DNA from: Raillietiella orientalis | Lineage: Eukaryota | Length of the DNA: 64,000 nt | Direction: 5' to 3' | Assembly (NCBI GenBank): GCA_036172245.1 | Contig: JAYWIR010000024.1 | Span: forward strand, 2,356,001 to 2,420,000 | Shown: in pieces, positions 51,825 through 64,000 of the stretch | How the letters are laid out: every line of letters starts with the position of its first letter | How positions within the stretch are numbered: position 1 is the first letter of the stretch | Translations under genes and position numbers: made by a program | The notes under the pieces: generated by a model | What the model saw: the letters and a program-made list of their open reading frames with translations, nothing else | Databases searched by the model: none | Told to the model about the DNA's origin: nothing

Positions 51825-54501
51825 ATGGCGGCTTCGAAGGCACTCGCGGTTTCATTCTTGGCTCTGATGCTGTGAGTTTTCCAACAACCATTCTGGAACA
51901 TTCCTACCATTTGAATTTCCCCTGTTCAAACCATCATTTCTATCTCTGTCTCTCTTTCTTTTCCAGATCATTTTCTGCTGAAGCAGCAGCTGTCAAAATG
52001 AAGCAGATTTTTCACAATGTGGGACTCATTTTTCTCAGGAATGCAGAGAGATAACAGGATATTCTTTCTTTTTCAAGGAAGAATACGTTGTGAGCATGTC
52101 TACCAACAACGTGGAATACTTCCAAGTTTTGGATAGCTGGTCCGACATCGTGTGGCTTCCATCATCGAAATGCTCCTCGGCTTATTGCAGTAATGGGGAC
52201 TCGACCGAGAGGAAGGACATAGGGCGATTTCGCTTTCTTTGTAGGACGTCGTCACAGATACGATGCTTCAAAATTGCCAAAAAACCCTGCAGTAAAAGTT
52301 CAAAAGGAGTATTCATTGCTGGATGTTAAGTTGAATGGATATCAACACATCTTCAACTTTGTGAGTTCAAATTTTGTCAGGAGAAAGCGAATCGCCTCTC
52401 TCGTGAATGATTTGCATACATGTTGCATTGATATGGCATCCTTTTTAGCAATGTGGTGACCACATTTTCACGAAAAATGTAGCGGTTTTCGATATAGATC
52501 CGAAACCAACCAATTACCTCACTCTTCTGGTGAACGACGGCTTCTTAGGCATAAATCCGCCAACTTTGAGTTCTCTTCTGAGGGACAGTAAACTGGAGCA
52601 AATCGCTTACATGGAGTTCGATCGGTAAAGCAAACCTTCGAAAGTATTGCCAACATGTCTAATATTTCGATCCAGCAAAGAGAGAAAGGGGACTGTTGTT
52701 TTGGGAGAATCCTATCCATTTCCAAAAACAAAGCTCTGCGCCAACTATCGAATGCGAAAAACAGAACCTCTTTATAAGATTGAACTGCTCAGGTAAGATG
52801 CTTGCACCTCTTTGCAGTCTGAAATCGGAATGTCTGTTCGCTGTTCGTTTCCTAATTGCAAGTTGATGACGGTAGCTCGAATGGTAACATGCGTAGGAAG
52901 ACCTTTCAACGGGTTGCAGAGTTCAAGGATTCTGCCAACTAGGGATCTTCAGCGTCATTCTTTAGAGGGGCAGCACATTCTTTAAGGACGCGCGAAAATG
53001 TGCAACTCCAGAAAGACGATCGCAGCTGACTGCGGCAGTTGGGGATGGAAGTCGGTTCTTCGCTGCTCCTCGCGTCCCTCTAGTTTTCTTCGTTTTTTCG
53101 CCCTCCGGGAAGGAGCCTTTCCGATGCTCCTATGAAGGCATCGGAACGGTACTTCAGCTCCGCCTCACGGAGTCTTACATGACTTTTCTATTACCGCGCG
53201 ACCAACCGAAATACGGATGAAGCGGGGATCCGGGATCCCAAGTCACCACTCTCTCAATGGCTGAGAGGGAAATTCCGAGGGAACCACTCCATGATTGCTA
53301 AGAGCGACCCGAAGGGTTCACTCACGATTCCCAACGGCTTGTCAATGGGGCATCCGACCTCGGACACGAGGGTGTCCTACCGATGCATTCCCCAATCTTC
53401 ATGCATCCTCAGCCTAATCTTGCGAAAAAACTCGAACCCCTTTCTGCTTCGATCGCTTTTATGGATGTTCAAACACGCAACACTGGGTGAGAAGAGAGGA
53501 TGCCGTGGCAACACACAGCCTCCAATGTTAAAATTAAGAAAGCAATGACCACCACAGTTACTCTTTCCTAGCATCAAGGTCGGCAATGTGGAAATGTGTG
53601 AGAGAGCTTGCCTTGCTTACTTGGATTCAGCTCTTCCAGTCGCTCAAGTTAGTGACAATTTTATGAAGCAGTTCGACAAGAAAATAGAATCTCTGAGTGT
53701 GGACCACTTGTACGGGGTGAGTCTCCAGATCATTTCCCATTCCTAGCAGTATCGAGCTATTGAACAGCCTACGAAGAAGTTGGATTCATTGCCCAGTGTG
53801 ACCTACACGTTTGTCAGTGGTGTAGTGCTTGAGATGAAACCACAAGATTATGTCATGGATATCAAAGTGAGTAGCCAGAGTCCACAAACTTCAACTCAAT
53901 TAAATAACCAACTATTCAACTAATTGTACTATCAACCATTTAACCATTAGGCTAAGCAATCGACAAGGTCGACTCACTTGCGGTCGTTCAAGCCACTGCA
54001 TCGTATAAAGAGTCAGGATGCACCGAATAACAAGCGAAGTGACGAAAGCAGATCTGCTTCGTGATGTTCGCGACGTACAGAGAGAAGCAGCAGAATGAAT
54101 AATTATGAATCTCTTGCTTCGTATCGAAGTGCTTGCGTGTTCCGCTATCTCTGAAGCTCCCTTCTCCCCAGAGCGTAAATTGACACTTCGGCAGTTCCTT
54201 TCGGTACGTCCACACCGAGAACGCGCGTCGCACGGTGTCGACACGCGTCTTTTCCTCGCTCGTGTCTCCTGCAAATCAATAGGGTGGCCATAATCCTCAC
54301 TCAATCATCGTGGGGCGAGATTGAGCTCCGACTAACACCGCCTTTTCCTTCCAGGTGAACGACACACTTGTCCCTGTGTTGGGGTTTGCCACCGGATTGA
54401 GGTCGGACGTGGAAATGTGGACTATTTCTCAGAACATGATGACACACCTGATAACGGAGATCAATTTCAAAAAAGACACCCTCACGATTCTTGTGAAATG
54501 A
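51825..54501 (+). CDS. Secreted pepsin-like aspartic protease homologue, copy 4 (9 exons, apparently intact)
   Basis: Same exon structure. MAASKALAVSFLALMLSFSAEAAA, YFQVLDSWSDIVWLPSSKC, DGFLGINP, CERACLAYLDSALP, ends ...EINFKKDTLTILVK*. Confidence 0.87.
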
Positions 54502-55139
54502 CGCTGCCATCCTTGGTTTGTGAGTTGCATCCGCAATTAAAGAATACGATTCCTTTTGTGTGTCCTTTGAGTTTCCATTCAGTGGCATCTTGAATCTTTT
54601 AGCAGCCTTCCAATAGTATCCCTCCAAATAAAGACATAATTGCGGAAACCACATGTGTGAGCAGGAATCCAAGTTGAGTGTGTACCGTAGGGGGTGATTC
54701 GACGCAGAAGTCAAGCAACGCAAATCAAGCTACCCCCGAACAGATTCTAACGCTTCATGTGATTGCTGCTGTTGCTTGGTGACAACCGCAGCAAACAGCA
54801 AACCAACAAAACTTCCTGTCTTTATGGTAATTTTGTTTCAAGCGAGAGAAGAGAACGAACTTTTTCTTTTCTCGCTTGGTGCAAAATGCACCCAATGAGG
54901 TGTCCCCTGGAAACCATGACAACGACTGAAGAGTCCGCATGAGCAGAGATGGCAGTGTCAAAATACAAGTGCTGGAAAAGATAACGCCACAACATTGATG
55001 AAAGTGGAAGAAAAGTTTGCCAAAGGATGCGCCCAAAGCTCTCACCAAACATGGTTTCCGAATCTGTTAGCTTGCTTGCTCAGCAGGTCCGGAAGTAGTT
55101 TGGGCCTGTAGCTCTCGCTGTCTCTCCGCCGCTGCTTTC

Positions 55140-57740
55140 AAGGACCCCGAAGGGTCAACTTCCAATCACGGCCAGTCAACGGGGACATCCGGTTTTCGGC
55201 TTTTGCCAGTGCTGCACCGGAATAGGCCACCAACCAGCCTAGTCCTGAGGGGGGGACTGGAAACAGACGATGCACTTATTTGTAGGAGTCGATGCTCCAC
55301 GTGAGGATTGGAACCCCCAACGTTTGGTGCCACGCACGGAGACCGCAGCCTTTCTTCGGTCTCACGGTCGCCAAAGCGGGCATAGTGTCCTCATAATGCC
55401 GGACTTGAGGCGTAAAGTCCTTCCTCCTTGCCGGAGCGCCTGCTCAGAGTACCGGGACGCCACCCTGTTGCATTGGCAACGTTGTTCGATAAGAGAAGCA
55501 GGAGAAAGGACGTCCAGTGTGGAGCATCACTGCAGCAGATCTTTCCGACTGTCGAGGGAACGCAGTTGACATGCTATCCGGAAGGCACCACATTCCGGCA
55601 GCGGTTGCGTGCGTGCTGGTGCGAGGTTACGGGCAGTGAGGTCAGTGCCGACTACGCCGCGACCACGAGCGCCACCCCTCCCGGTGCCGGCACCCTGAAT
55701 ACCAATGCAAAGCACACTCTCTCAGCCATCTGCGGCCTTCTACACGAAATCGCTGCCCGCTGCTGCACCGGACTGGAACGAGGTCACCCAAGGGGAGCTG
55801 AGTTCCAGAAAGCAAGGAAATCAGCAGGAAATTTGGATTTCTTCCGCCAACACCAGAACTCGTGGAGACACAAACGACACGGGGCCTCTTTCTGTTTCCA
55901 GCATCCCGTCATAGTACCTCACTCGACATTAGAAGAACTCGGTATCCCAAAGGGACTCCAGTCCTGTTTCTAAGTAAAACACATCCGGGGTTCCGAATCG
56001 CAGCCTCGACCACAACGCGTGGCTCAACCCTATGTCCTCTGCGAGTCACGCCGACCCGCAATGGTCGGGAACCGGATGTGCAGTAGGCGTGCGGGGCAAA
56101 AGGTCGTTCGCGTTTGGCTCCGCGATCCGCAGCACAGACAACTCGCTCCACATTGCCGGAATGCTCGATGCACCCGTGGACGGGATGAAGGTGGGCCCGC
56201 AAGCAGCCCACTCTTGTTACGGACCCCAAGCTTCTTCGACCTCACCTGGTGACCAGCGACGAAGGAGGAACGAAGTAGCGGTTGTCCGTGAACAGTCTTG
56301 GTAGCGAAACGGAAGGAGCCTGGAGGGAGGATGGGCTGTTCGCTTCGTCTCCCAGGATCGGTGCCGGCGATCCTCTTTGCATGCTCGGGATCCTAGAAAC
56401 GGCCAGGCGATGCAAAGAACGAAGATAGCTAGGCGACGCAGCCGCAGCACGCCAGGAAGGAAAGGGCATGTCCGACTGCATTAGCGGGTGAAGGATATGC
56501 TCTGAGATATGGACTGGGCGTCGGGAACCAGCTGCTCCCAGAACTACGGAACGGGACTCGAAACATCGCTCAGCTGCCAAAGGAGTGGACATTGCGCTCA
56601 CTTTCCCTCCGACATGCTGGGTGCACAGAGACACGCGAAGAAAGTTGGAATCACGCGAGCAGAACTGTTGCTCGACTTTTTTTTCCAGAACACTGCTTGC
56701 CCGTGATGCAGAAAGTTTGCACGGAAAGGAACTTCTACGTGTGCGGTTCCCCGGAGAAGTGTAGCTGGCCGACGGTTCCTTGCGTACTTCCGAGGCAGCC
56801 TGCACGGTGCCTAGAAAGGGGTCCTCCTTATGGAAGCCGACGATTTTGCCACCTCATCTCGAAGGCTCCCACCTTGCAGTCCGCTGGACTCGCTGCGCCC
56901 TCTTCGGAAAGCAGGGGGGATCCATCGGGAAGAGGGCTGAGAGGGTGAGTGCTGGAGCAGCGCTGCACGAGCACCCCAGTGCGTTGTCGCGCCGAGTGTG
57001 CACCGCGGGGGCGGAGGAAAACGAGCCGAGTTCGCAGTTACTTGGATCGGCAGTGTTCACGGTGTCCAACCCTACTCGCTGCGTCGCTCGTTTGGGCACT
57101 GCTTCCGCCGGCGCGCGCCGCCTAGCAGACCGCGTCTGCGATCTCGGGAGTGTTAGAAGAGACGCCGGAACTTGTCAGAAAAGAATTGACGGAGGTACCG
57201 AGTCATGCGGACTGCGGATGCTTCCTGCAAGCGGCGATCCACTCTGAGGTGCTGTTTCAGATGCCAAAGGGGCGCATCTCCCGATGCCTCGATCACCTGG
57301 TTGCTACCCTTGCATGGCATGCTCCGTCGGGTGAAGCAGACGGCAGCCCCGACGCGGTCACGGACCGCTCGATTTGGTTCAGTTCCGAGGTGGCTTGGAA
57401 GAACGGCGCCGTTCACGAGTTGGACTTGTTGGCCACGAGCTGATGCGCGGTCAACAAGTGGAGTGATCGCACACCACAAGAAGCACATCTCCGCCGCTTT
57501 CCGCAGCCATCCTCAGGTCAAATGCGCCTCATGCTTGAGCGTCGGCACTCGATCTGCGTGCCTAAGGTCGGCCCCAAGCGGTCCGAGGATGGACGTTCTT
57601 TCTATCGGACGATGTCCCCACCCGGTTCCTGCCAGCAACCACCCGCCCTTCCTGCTGTCTGAGCTGGGTTGTCTCTTTCCAGAACTGTGTTCGCCTTTTC
57701 GGACGAGCGGTCTCTGTCTCCTCTTCAACGGTTTGAACCG
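55140..57740 (+). repeat. Repeated flanking unit B, last copy; ends at the compositional boundary
   Basis: Homologous to the other B copies; similarity stops at ~57735. Confidence 0.85.
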
Positions 57741-60700
57741 TTCAGTTGTATATCGTTTGTAGGAACGGTAAGTTTGAAAGAATAGTTGTATCAGTGACAG
57801 GTTTAGGAAAAGCATAAGAAATAAGTAGAGCAGGAATTTCAACGGTCTGTTCGTTGCAATTGTGATTAGGGGAATTTGTTCATCAAATTTCACTCATCTG
57901 AAAACCGGACTTTTTATGCATTCGTGTTGCTGTTTTGGTTGTTTGAAAGTCCTTTTAATGTTCAACCATTTTGCTATGATGAGTTGAGCCAAAGTCCGCT
58001 ACTATATGAAGATAGTAATGGATTCTGGTGCTAAAATTTGACTTGGTTTTTCCTGTTTTAGATTAGTGAACAAAAGGTTTTGGATTTCAATATAAACCAT
58101 TCACAGTTCAGCGCCATAATGAATCATAATGTGATGGGCGTCACAGAGGCGGCATCCTGGCGTGACGAGCAGTGTAGTACGACTAAGGGTGAGATTCGTC
58201 GAAGACGCTTCGGGTAACCTTATTTCATCAATCTACAAAATCATCAGTTTGTTATTTAACTGTATATAGAAAAAGTATTGCAAAGATAATTGGGGTGAAG
58301 GGATGGACAGAGGTCTCTGTAAGTAAGTGTACATCTTAAGGTACACGCTGGAACGCAAACCGAGTCCTCTAGCCAGCATGTCCGTCCCTCATTTAACAGC
58401 AGATGCAAAGGGTGGGGCAAACTCGTATAAAAGATTCTGAAGAGAAGGCATGCGAAACGATGGGAGAATGCATGGAGAAATCAAAGGCAAATGAATCCTG
58501 CTAGCACTGGATGGCTCAAAAGCAAGAATATGTAAACCGAGAATTATTCTGCGTTCGTGTAGAACCCGAAAACTTTTGGAAAGTGTTGCCACATAAACCT
58601 AGAAATAGGTACATTGCTGAAATCAGATCTTTAGGAAAGGACAAATAATTCAGGTTAACTAAGCAGTGATTCCTGAATTTGTTACAATTGAAATAAATTG
58701 TCCCGTTTATTTTGATATGTGGTTTTAAGCACACACGATTATTATGTGATGTATTTTTAAACATTTGATTAAGAACCCTCCAAGTTATCAGCTACTAGGC
58801 TTTAGAAATGAATGAATTTTCAAGTGCACCAATAACGCGTATCTTTGGATTTGCAAGTGGGGGACAAAAGTGCAGTTTAATATTAGGAGCATATGTGGCA
58901 CACCTATGTAAAATGATTGGGTGCACACGAACGTTTTAACCATACTTCAGACTTTATTCGAAAATGCTATTCCTGTCAAAATTGCTACTTCTACATTTTT
59001 GTTCTTTAGATGGAGGAAATCACATTCTCTAAAGTAGCACTCCCTTTACTAGTCGAAAAACTACAAAAAACATCAAAAGGAGATTACCAGACCTACTGTA
59101 AGAACGTTAGTTGCGTTCGCTGAAACTGCATAAATGAAACATAAAACTAGGTGTTCGACAGTGCATACAATAAGTATAGTGATTTTATCTTAGCATTACA
59201 GGAATCCACGCAAGTATTAAAGGGCAGCCATAGGGTGTTGGGTTCATAGAATACTCGTGTGAAGCATAATAACGATAGCGTGCAACACTGACGGAGCGTA
59301 AACAAAAGAATTAAACGCTTGAGGCAAGCGCCAAAGAAATGTGCTGCGTATCAAATTGCGATAGAATGCTTGGAAGGAAAGACTTGATTGATACCTCCAC
59401 GAAATCGTAATGTTTCCGTTTAGATGGTGATGAATTTATAGAAGGATCGATTGAAGACAATATTTTAGTAACTTAACAAAAACACAATAATGCTATGGTC
59501 GAGTGAATCACTAATACGAAGTAAATTTTCAAATGTAAATTTGCTTTTTTAAAAACAGAAGCCTTAGTGCAGATATACGAATTAAGAAAGGAAGCAATTT
59601 AATCTTTATACACACTCGTTAATGTAAACAATTAAAACGTACACTTTTGTTTTTTTTAATATGAATGTTGCTTTCAGTTTTGACAGTAAGGTTTAAGGGC
59701 TTAGGATGACTCCATCAATAACTGTATGCAACTGCAAGCTGCCAGCTTGGCTGAAATATCAGGTTCTATGAATGTCACATTACTTGAAAAATCACATCAA
59801 AAACAGAAACAGTGAAATGCATTTGGATTTCAGTTCCAACACATACTTCACAAGTGATGATTTAATGAGTAATTCGAATATCACTGAAAAAATGAAAAAG
59901 AAAATGGAGCAAATTCATAATTAGAACATGTGCATTTAATTAATCATGCATTACAACATAAACTATCATTTCTAACTTGTGAACTGTTGAAATAATGTTC
60001 CAAGAACCTGCATAACTGAAACACTCTTGTCAGTAACTAAATTAACCTTTGCATGTAGATGCATTGTTAAAAACACAGCATATAAAAAAAAAATATAAAA
60101 TTTGATCACACAATAAGCATTTCTTTCTCAACTCTTTCTCCTTATTACTTCTGGCTTGAAACAACTACATAAACTACTAATTATTTTGTTCATCTCAAAC
60201 CTTTCAACAAGTGAACTGTTGCAAATTTTAATTGATGAATTCAAATTTGAGTGGTTATTTTTAGGCTTGCTATGTGGGTCTTCAAGGCACTGGGCAAGCT
60301 ATCGAATGTTTGAACACAGATTCAGATATTATCCTCATTGTGTACATAGATCACTTTTCTTATTATTCAGATGTTGCTTATATTTTCCAGGGAAACAATT
60401 TAAAATAAAAAGTTTTCTTGAAGAGCACTAGCTGTTCACTACTTTTTATCTAAGCACTTCAGTAGAAAACATCTTACACAGATATACATATCAATTACAT
60501 CCTATCAATAACCAATCTACTTATTTTATTAATTTTGTTGATTGTTCTTCATAGTGTACAGGAACAAAAGTTTGTGTTCGTACATTCAATTCAATTTGAT
60601 AAGTAGTAAAAATCCAACAATGACATGAAGTGCTTACTGCATGCAATGAAATCCAGCATAGACTACTTAAAACATAACATTTTATTTAATCTCAGAAAAA

Positions 60701-60785
60701 AAAAATTTTAAGAAAAATAATCACTGTTTTCTTAATATTCTTAACAAAAAGATTATTAATTAATAAATTATTAATTACGTCTAAT

Positions 60786-61382
60786 TTAATTTTTTTTTTT
60801 TTTTTTACAAAGTCTCTTGTGCTTCTGAATCATATCATAAAGAATTTCCAGACCTTCATCTAAACCTTCACCAGTTATTGCACAACTAGGCTGTACATGC
60901 CAAATGCGATTAACACCTAATTCACTGAGTCCAAGAAGTTTCTCGATTTCAGCAGGTAGTTTGGCATTAGGAAGGTCCTGTTTATTGGCTAAAATTAATA
61001 AAGGGACACCATTATTCTCAGGCTGAGTAGCAACTCTAATGAGTTCAAATTTGGCTTCTTCCATTCTTTCATGATCAATACAATCAACTATAAATACAAT
61101 GCCATCAGTTCCTCTGGTGTAACTTTTCCATAATGATCTTAGCTTCTCTTGACCTCCAACATCCCAAATTAAGAAGCTTATACCTTTTGCTTTCCCAGCA
61201 GTACCTTTGACTTTTTCACAATTGAAACCTATTGTAGGAACTGTATTGAGGTACTGATCAAATTTCATTCGATATAATGCAGTTGTTTTTCCAGCTGAAT
61301 CTAAACCAAGCATAACTATGTGAACATAATCTTGATTTAACACATCTAAAAAGAGGGAACCTCTTGATATTCCAGTTCCCAT
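60786..61382 (-). CDS. ARL4: ADP-ribosylation factor-like protein 4 (ARF-family small GTPase), intronless CDS
   Basis: 198 aa. N-terminal MG myristoylation site, GLDSAGKTT, PTIGFN, WDVGGQEKLR, NKQD, CAITGEGL and the basic C-terminal tail typical of ARL4. Probable 5' UTR intron acceptor near 61490. Confidence 0.95.
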   Translation of the reverse strand: MGTGISRGSLFLDVLNQDYVHIVMLGLDSAGKTTALYRMKFDQYLNTVPTIGFNCEKVKGTAGKAKGISFLIWDVGGQEKLRSLWKSYTRGTDGIVFIVDCIDHERMEEAKFELIRVATQPENNGVPLLILANKQDLPNAKLPAEIEKLLGLSELGVNRIWHVQPSCAITGEGLDEGLEILYDMIQKHKRLCKKKKKN

Positions 61383-64000
61383 GATTTAAACAAATGGGTG
61401 ACATAGCTTATTAATGTCTGTAATTGCATTTCTGACATCTCCAAAACTTCCTTTTATTGATGCTTGTACCATCATAGTTCACACATCTGCTATAAAAAGA
61501 AACTTTTTGAAAAAAAAAAAAACATCATTTGACATTGCATAATTATCAAATAACAAGTGTCCCTTCTCATTGACAAAAACGATTTTGCATGCTGCACCAT
61601 TCGTATGCATAAAAAACACCCTGTTAAAACTGGAGTGAACACACTCTTATGACGCATCCGCATTTATGAATTTTCTTACAAGTTCTCGTTAAAGATTTCC
61701 GTTACCATAAATCCCAACGAAGGTACTCGTTCGTCGAAAGTACCTGCAAGGCAAACTCATCCTGATGAGAAACGTGCCAAAAACACCAGACTTTCCACAC
61801 GGGATCCATACGATCGTATGGCAAAGAACCCAACTTGCATTCCAAGTACGCGGTACATTTCCTAGCACTGATAAACAGACAGGTTTGCTTTCTGCCATCC
61901 CCCCAAAATGAGCTTTCGATTTTCACGGGCAGATTTTTCGGTTATATGCCCCGACCGCAAACTTCTCGCATGCAAAGACCTCGTTCTTTGGCGGTTCAGA
62001 CCGTGTTTACAAACCAGTTGACACAAATTGCATCGATTATTCCTCGTGATTCCTGTACCATTAATCCAGGCTATTATTTCTCGAAAACAAATGTTCCTGC
62101 AAAGTCGAGTAAGAGCGTTGGCACTTCTGCAAACTTTTATACGCAAATCAAAATTGCAGACTCTTGAGAAACTTTTAAACAAAACTAGGGTAAGTGTTGC
62201 CATGCATATTTTGTTAAACATAAATAACAAGCGTAAATACAGTATAATATAGATAGCTGTCGACATAGATAACTGTTAACACAGATAAGTATACAGCATT
62301 TGTCTGTATCGTTTCTTGCAGAAATTTCACCAACTAATATTCCAACAAGTTAGCATGCATAACAATGCGTGACTACTAATGAAAAGTTGTCGATATTTTA
62401 CTTGCATTTCGAATGCTTAGTGAGAGCAAAGATGTGTCAAAAGCAGCGAAGTTAGAGAAAGTCTATTGTACTTGTCACCAAAAGGATAAATGATTCTCGA
62501 GAATGCACGAAATTGACTATAAAATACAACGAAATGAGCAAACCATTTATCGAAAGTTATTTATCGATAAGTTTGACTGAAAAGTTCCAGTGCACCTCTG
62601 AAAGAACGAAATGAAAGTATGAATTGATAGAGTTGTTATCCAGAATTATTATTATACCTTTTCAAATAAAAGTTAGAATGTTAATAAAAATTAGAAAAGT
62701 TACCCGATGCCTTTTCAAATGAAGTTAGAATTATTAATTCTCCCGTGGCAAAGTTTTAACCACAGAAATACATCGAAACCTATAGAAGCTAGATGTGAAA
62801 AATTGAATAAATCCAGAACACTCTGAAGGATTTTTTATTCAGCAACAAATAAGATATTATCCTGATAATCACTGATAATGTAAGAAGCATGGAATTAATC
62901 CACCATATAGCGATTGAGTAGGAATAGCTTTAAGTTGAAGACTTCAGAAGTCCTCATGTGGAAACGAAGTCATTGCAACGAAACTCTGAAGTTTCAAATA
63001 AACGTTAGGATATAGTGTACATCATTTGATGTTTACTTCTGTGCACACTGATATGGAATGGTTTTTAAGAAAACATCTTCACTCGGTACGAAACGGTCAC
63101 GAAATGTGATTACTATTGAGTTCCATTGCTGATTTCTGGTGTTGCGAAACTTAAAATTCCTCATTTATTCATTGAGACTATGATCCAGTTCTCTATGTGA
63201 TGGAAGCTATATGAATATCAGTTTCTGTTATATCTTTCATTCTCCGAATTAACTGAGAAAAACTCATTTGATGCTTCGGTTTAAAATATTAACGAGTAGG
63301 CAGCAGTAACTGTATCAGCTGGCTTTCAAAGTACATTTTGTTTTGAAGGATGCCTAGAAAGTCTTAATATCCAATTTACATCCAAAAAAAACTCATGTTT
63401 ATTCGAGAGGAAACCTTGTGTTTATTTGAATAATCAAGAAACATATATATTAATTTCAATATATTTATTTTATAGATATCTTTCAAAATAATTTCTCTTC
63501 ATCCTGGTTTCGAGGAAGTGGTAATTCATTGAAAACTAGAAACTGAACGAAAGAATAATTTTTTGACGACTAATGCAAAACAAACTAACAAAACTCTTCA
63601 TGTCAAAGAGCAAATTCAAAAGGTAGGATAGAATTCGTCTTTAAATTTTTACAGAGGCCATTAATTACTTGTCAAAGAGCTTTTGTGTTCAGAATAACGA
63701 TTTCCTATTTCAGCATCTCACAGATTTTTTATCGCTGAGTCATCCCTGGATCCATTCCACTCACGTGTGGTACTGTATCACAGCACCACTACTGGTTCCT
63801 TTTCTACTTGAATTTCTAAATTTTCTGAATTGTAGTACTTCTGTGGGGTCGGACTTTCGATTTCCTGTACAAAGTGAAAAATTCCCGGACTCTGGTAGAC
63901 ATCATACCTTAATGGAATTTGAAGATTATGGATAACAATTGCTTATCCACCTAGTAGGGGAATTCCGTTTTCTTTCGAAGGTTAGGTATAAGGTACATAG

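Noticed and set aside
57727..57765. Helitron 3' terminus at the compositional boundary
   Set aside because: The hairpin is short, no CTRR end follows it, and no Rep/helicase is visible.
61689..63935. Short ORFs upstream of ARL4
   Set aside because: No motifs; probably ARL4 5' UTR intron or intergenic sequence.

Overview
Eukaryotic (invertebrate, probably arthropod) genomic DNA in two compartments. Bases ~1-57,740 are a roughly balanced-GC mosaic of segmental duplications. It contains four apparently intact, 9-exon paralogues of a secreted pepsin-fold (peptidase family A1) protein: two on the minus strand and two on the plus strand, plus one decayed fragment. All four lack a propeptide and have the catalytic D[TS]G motifs changed to D[ST]W and D[TS]A, which suggests a diversifying pseudo-protease family. 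The ORF track misses these genes because of their short introns. The paralogues are interspersed with repeated decayed flanking units, several L1/Tx1-like non-LTR retrotransposon copies (two with TSDs starting CATTC, one nested antisense in another), a probable ancient Ty3/Gypsy remnant, and two out-of-order exons of a PAN/ZP-type gene. Bases ~57,740-64,000 are AT-rich and hold an ARL4-like small GTPase gene with an intronless CDS. All gene models and alignments were made by eye.
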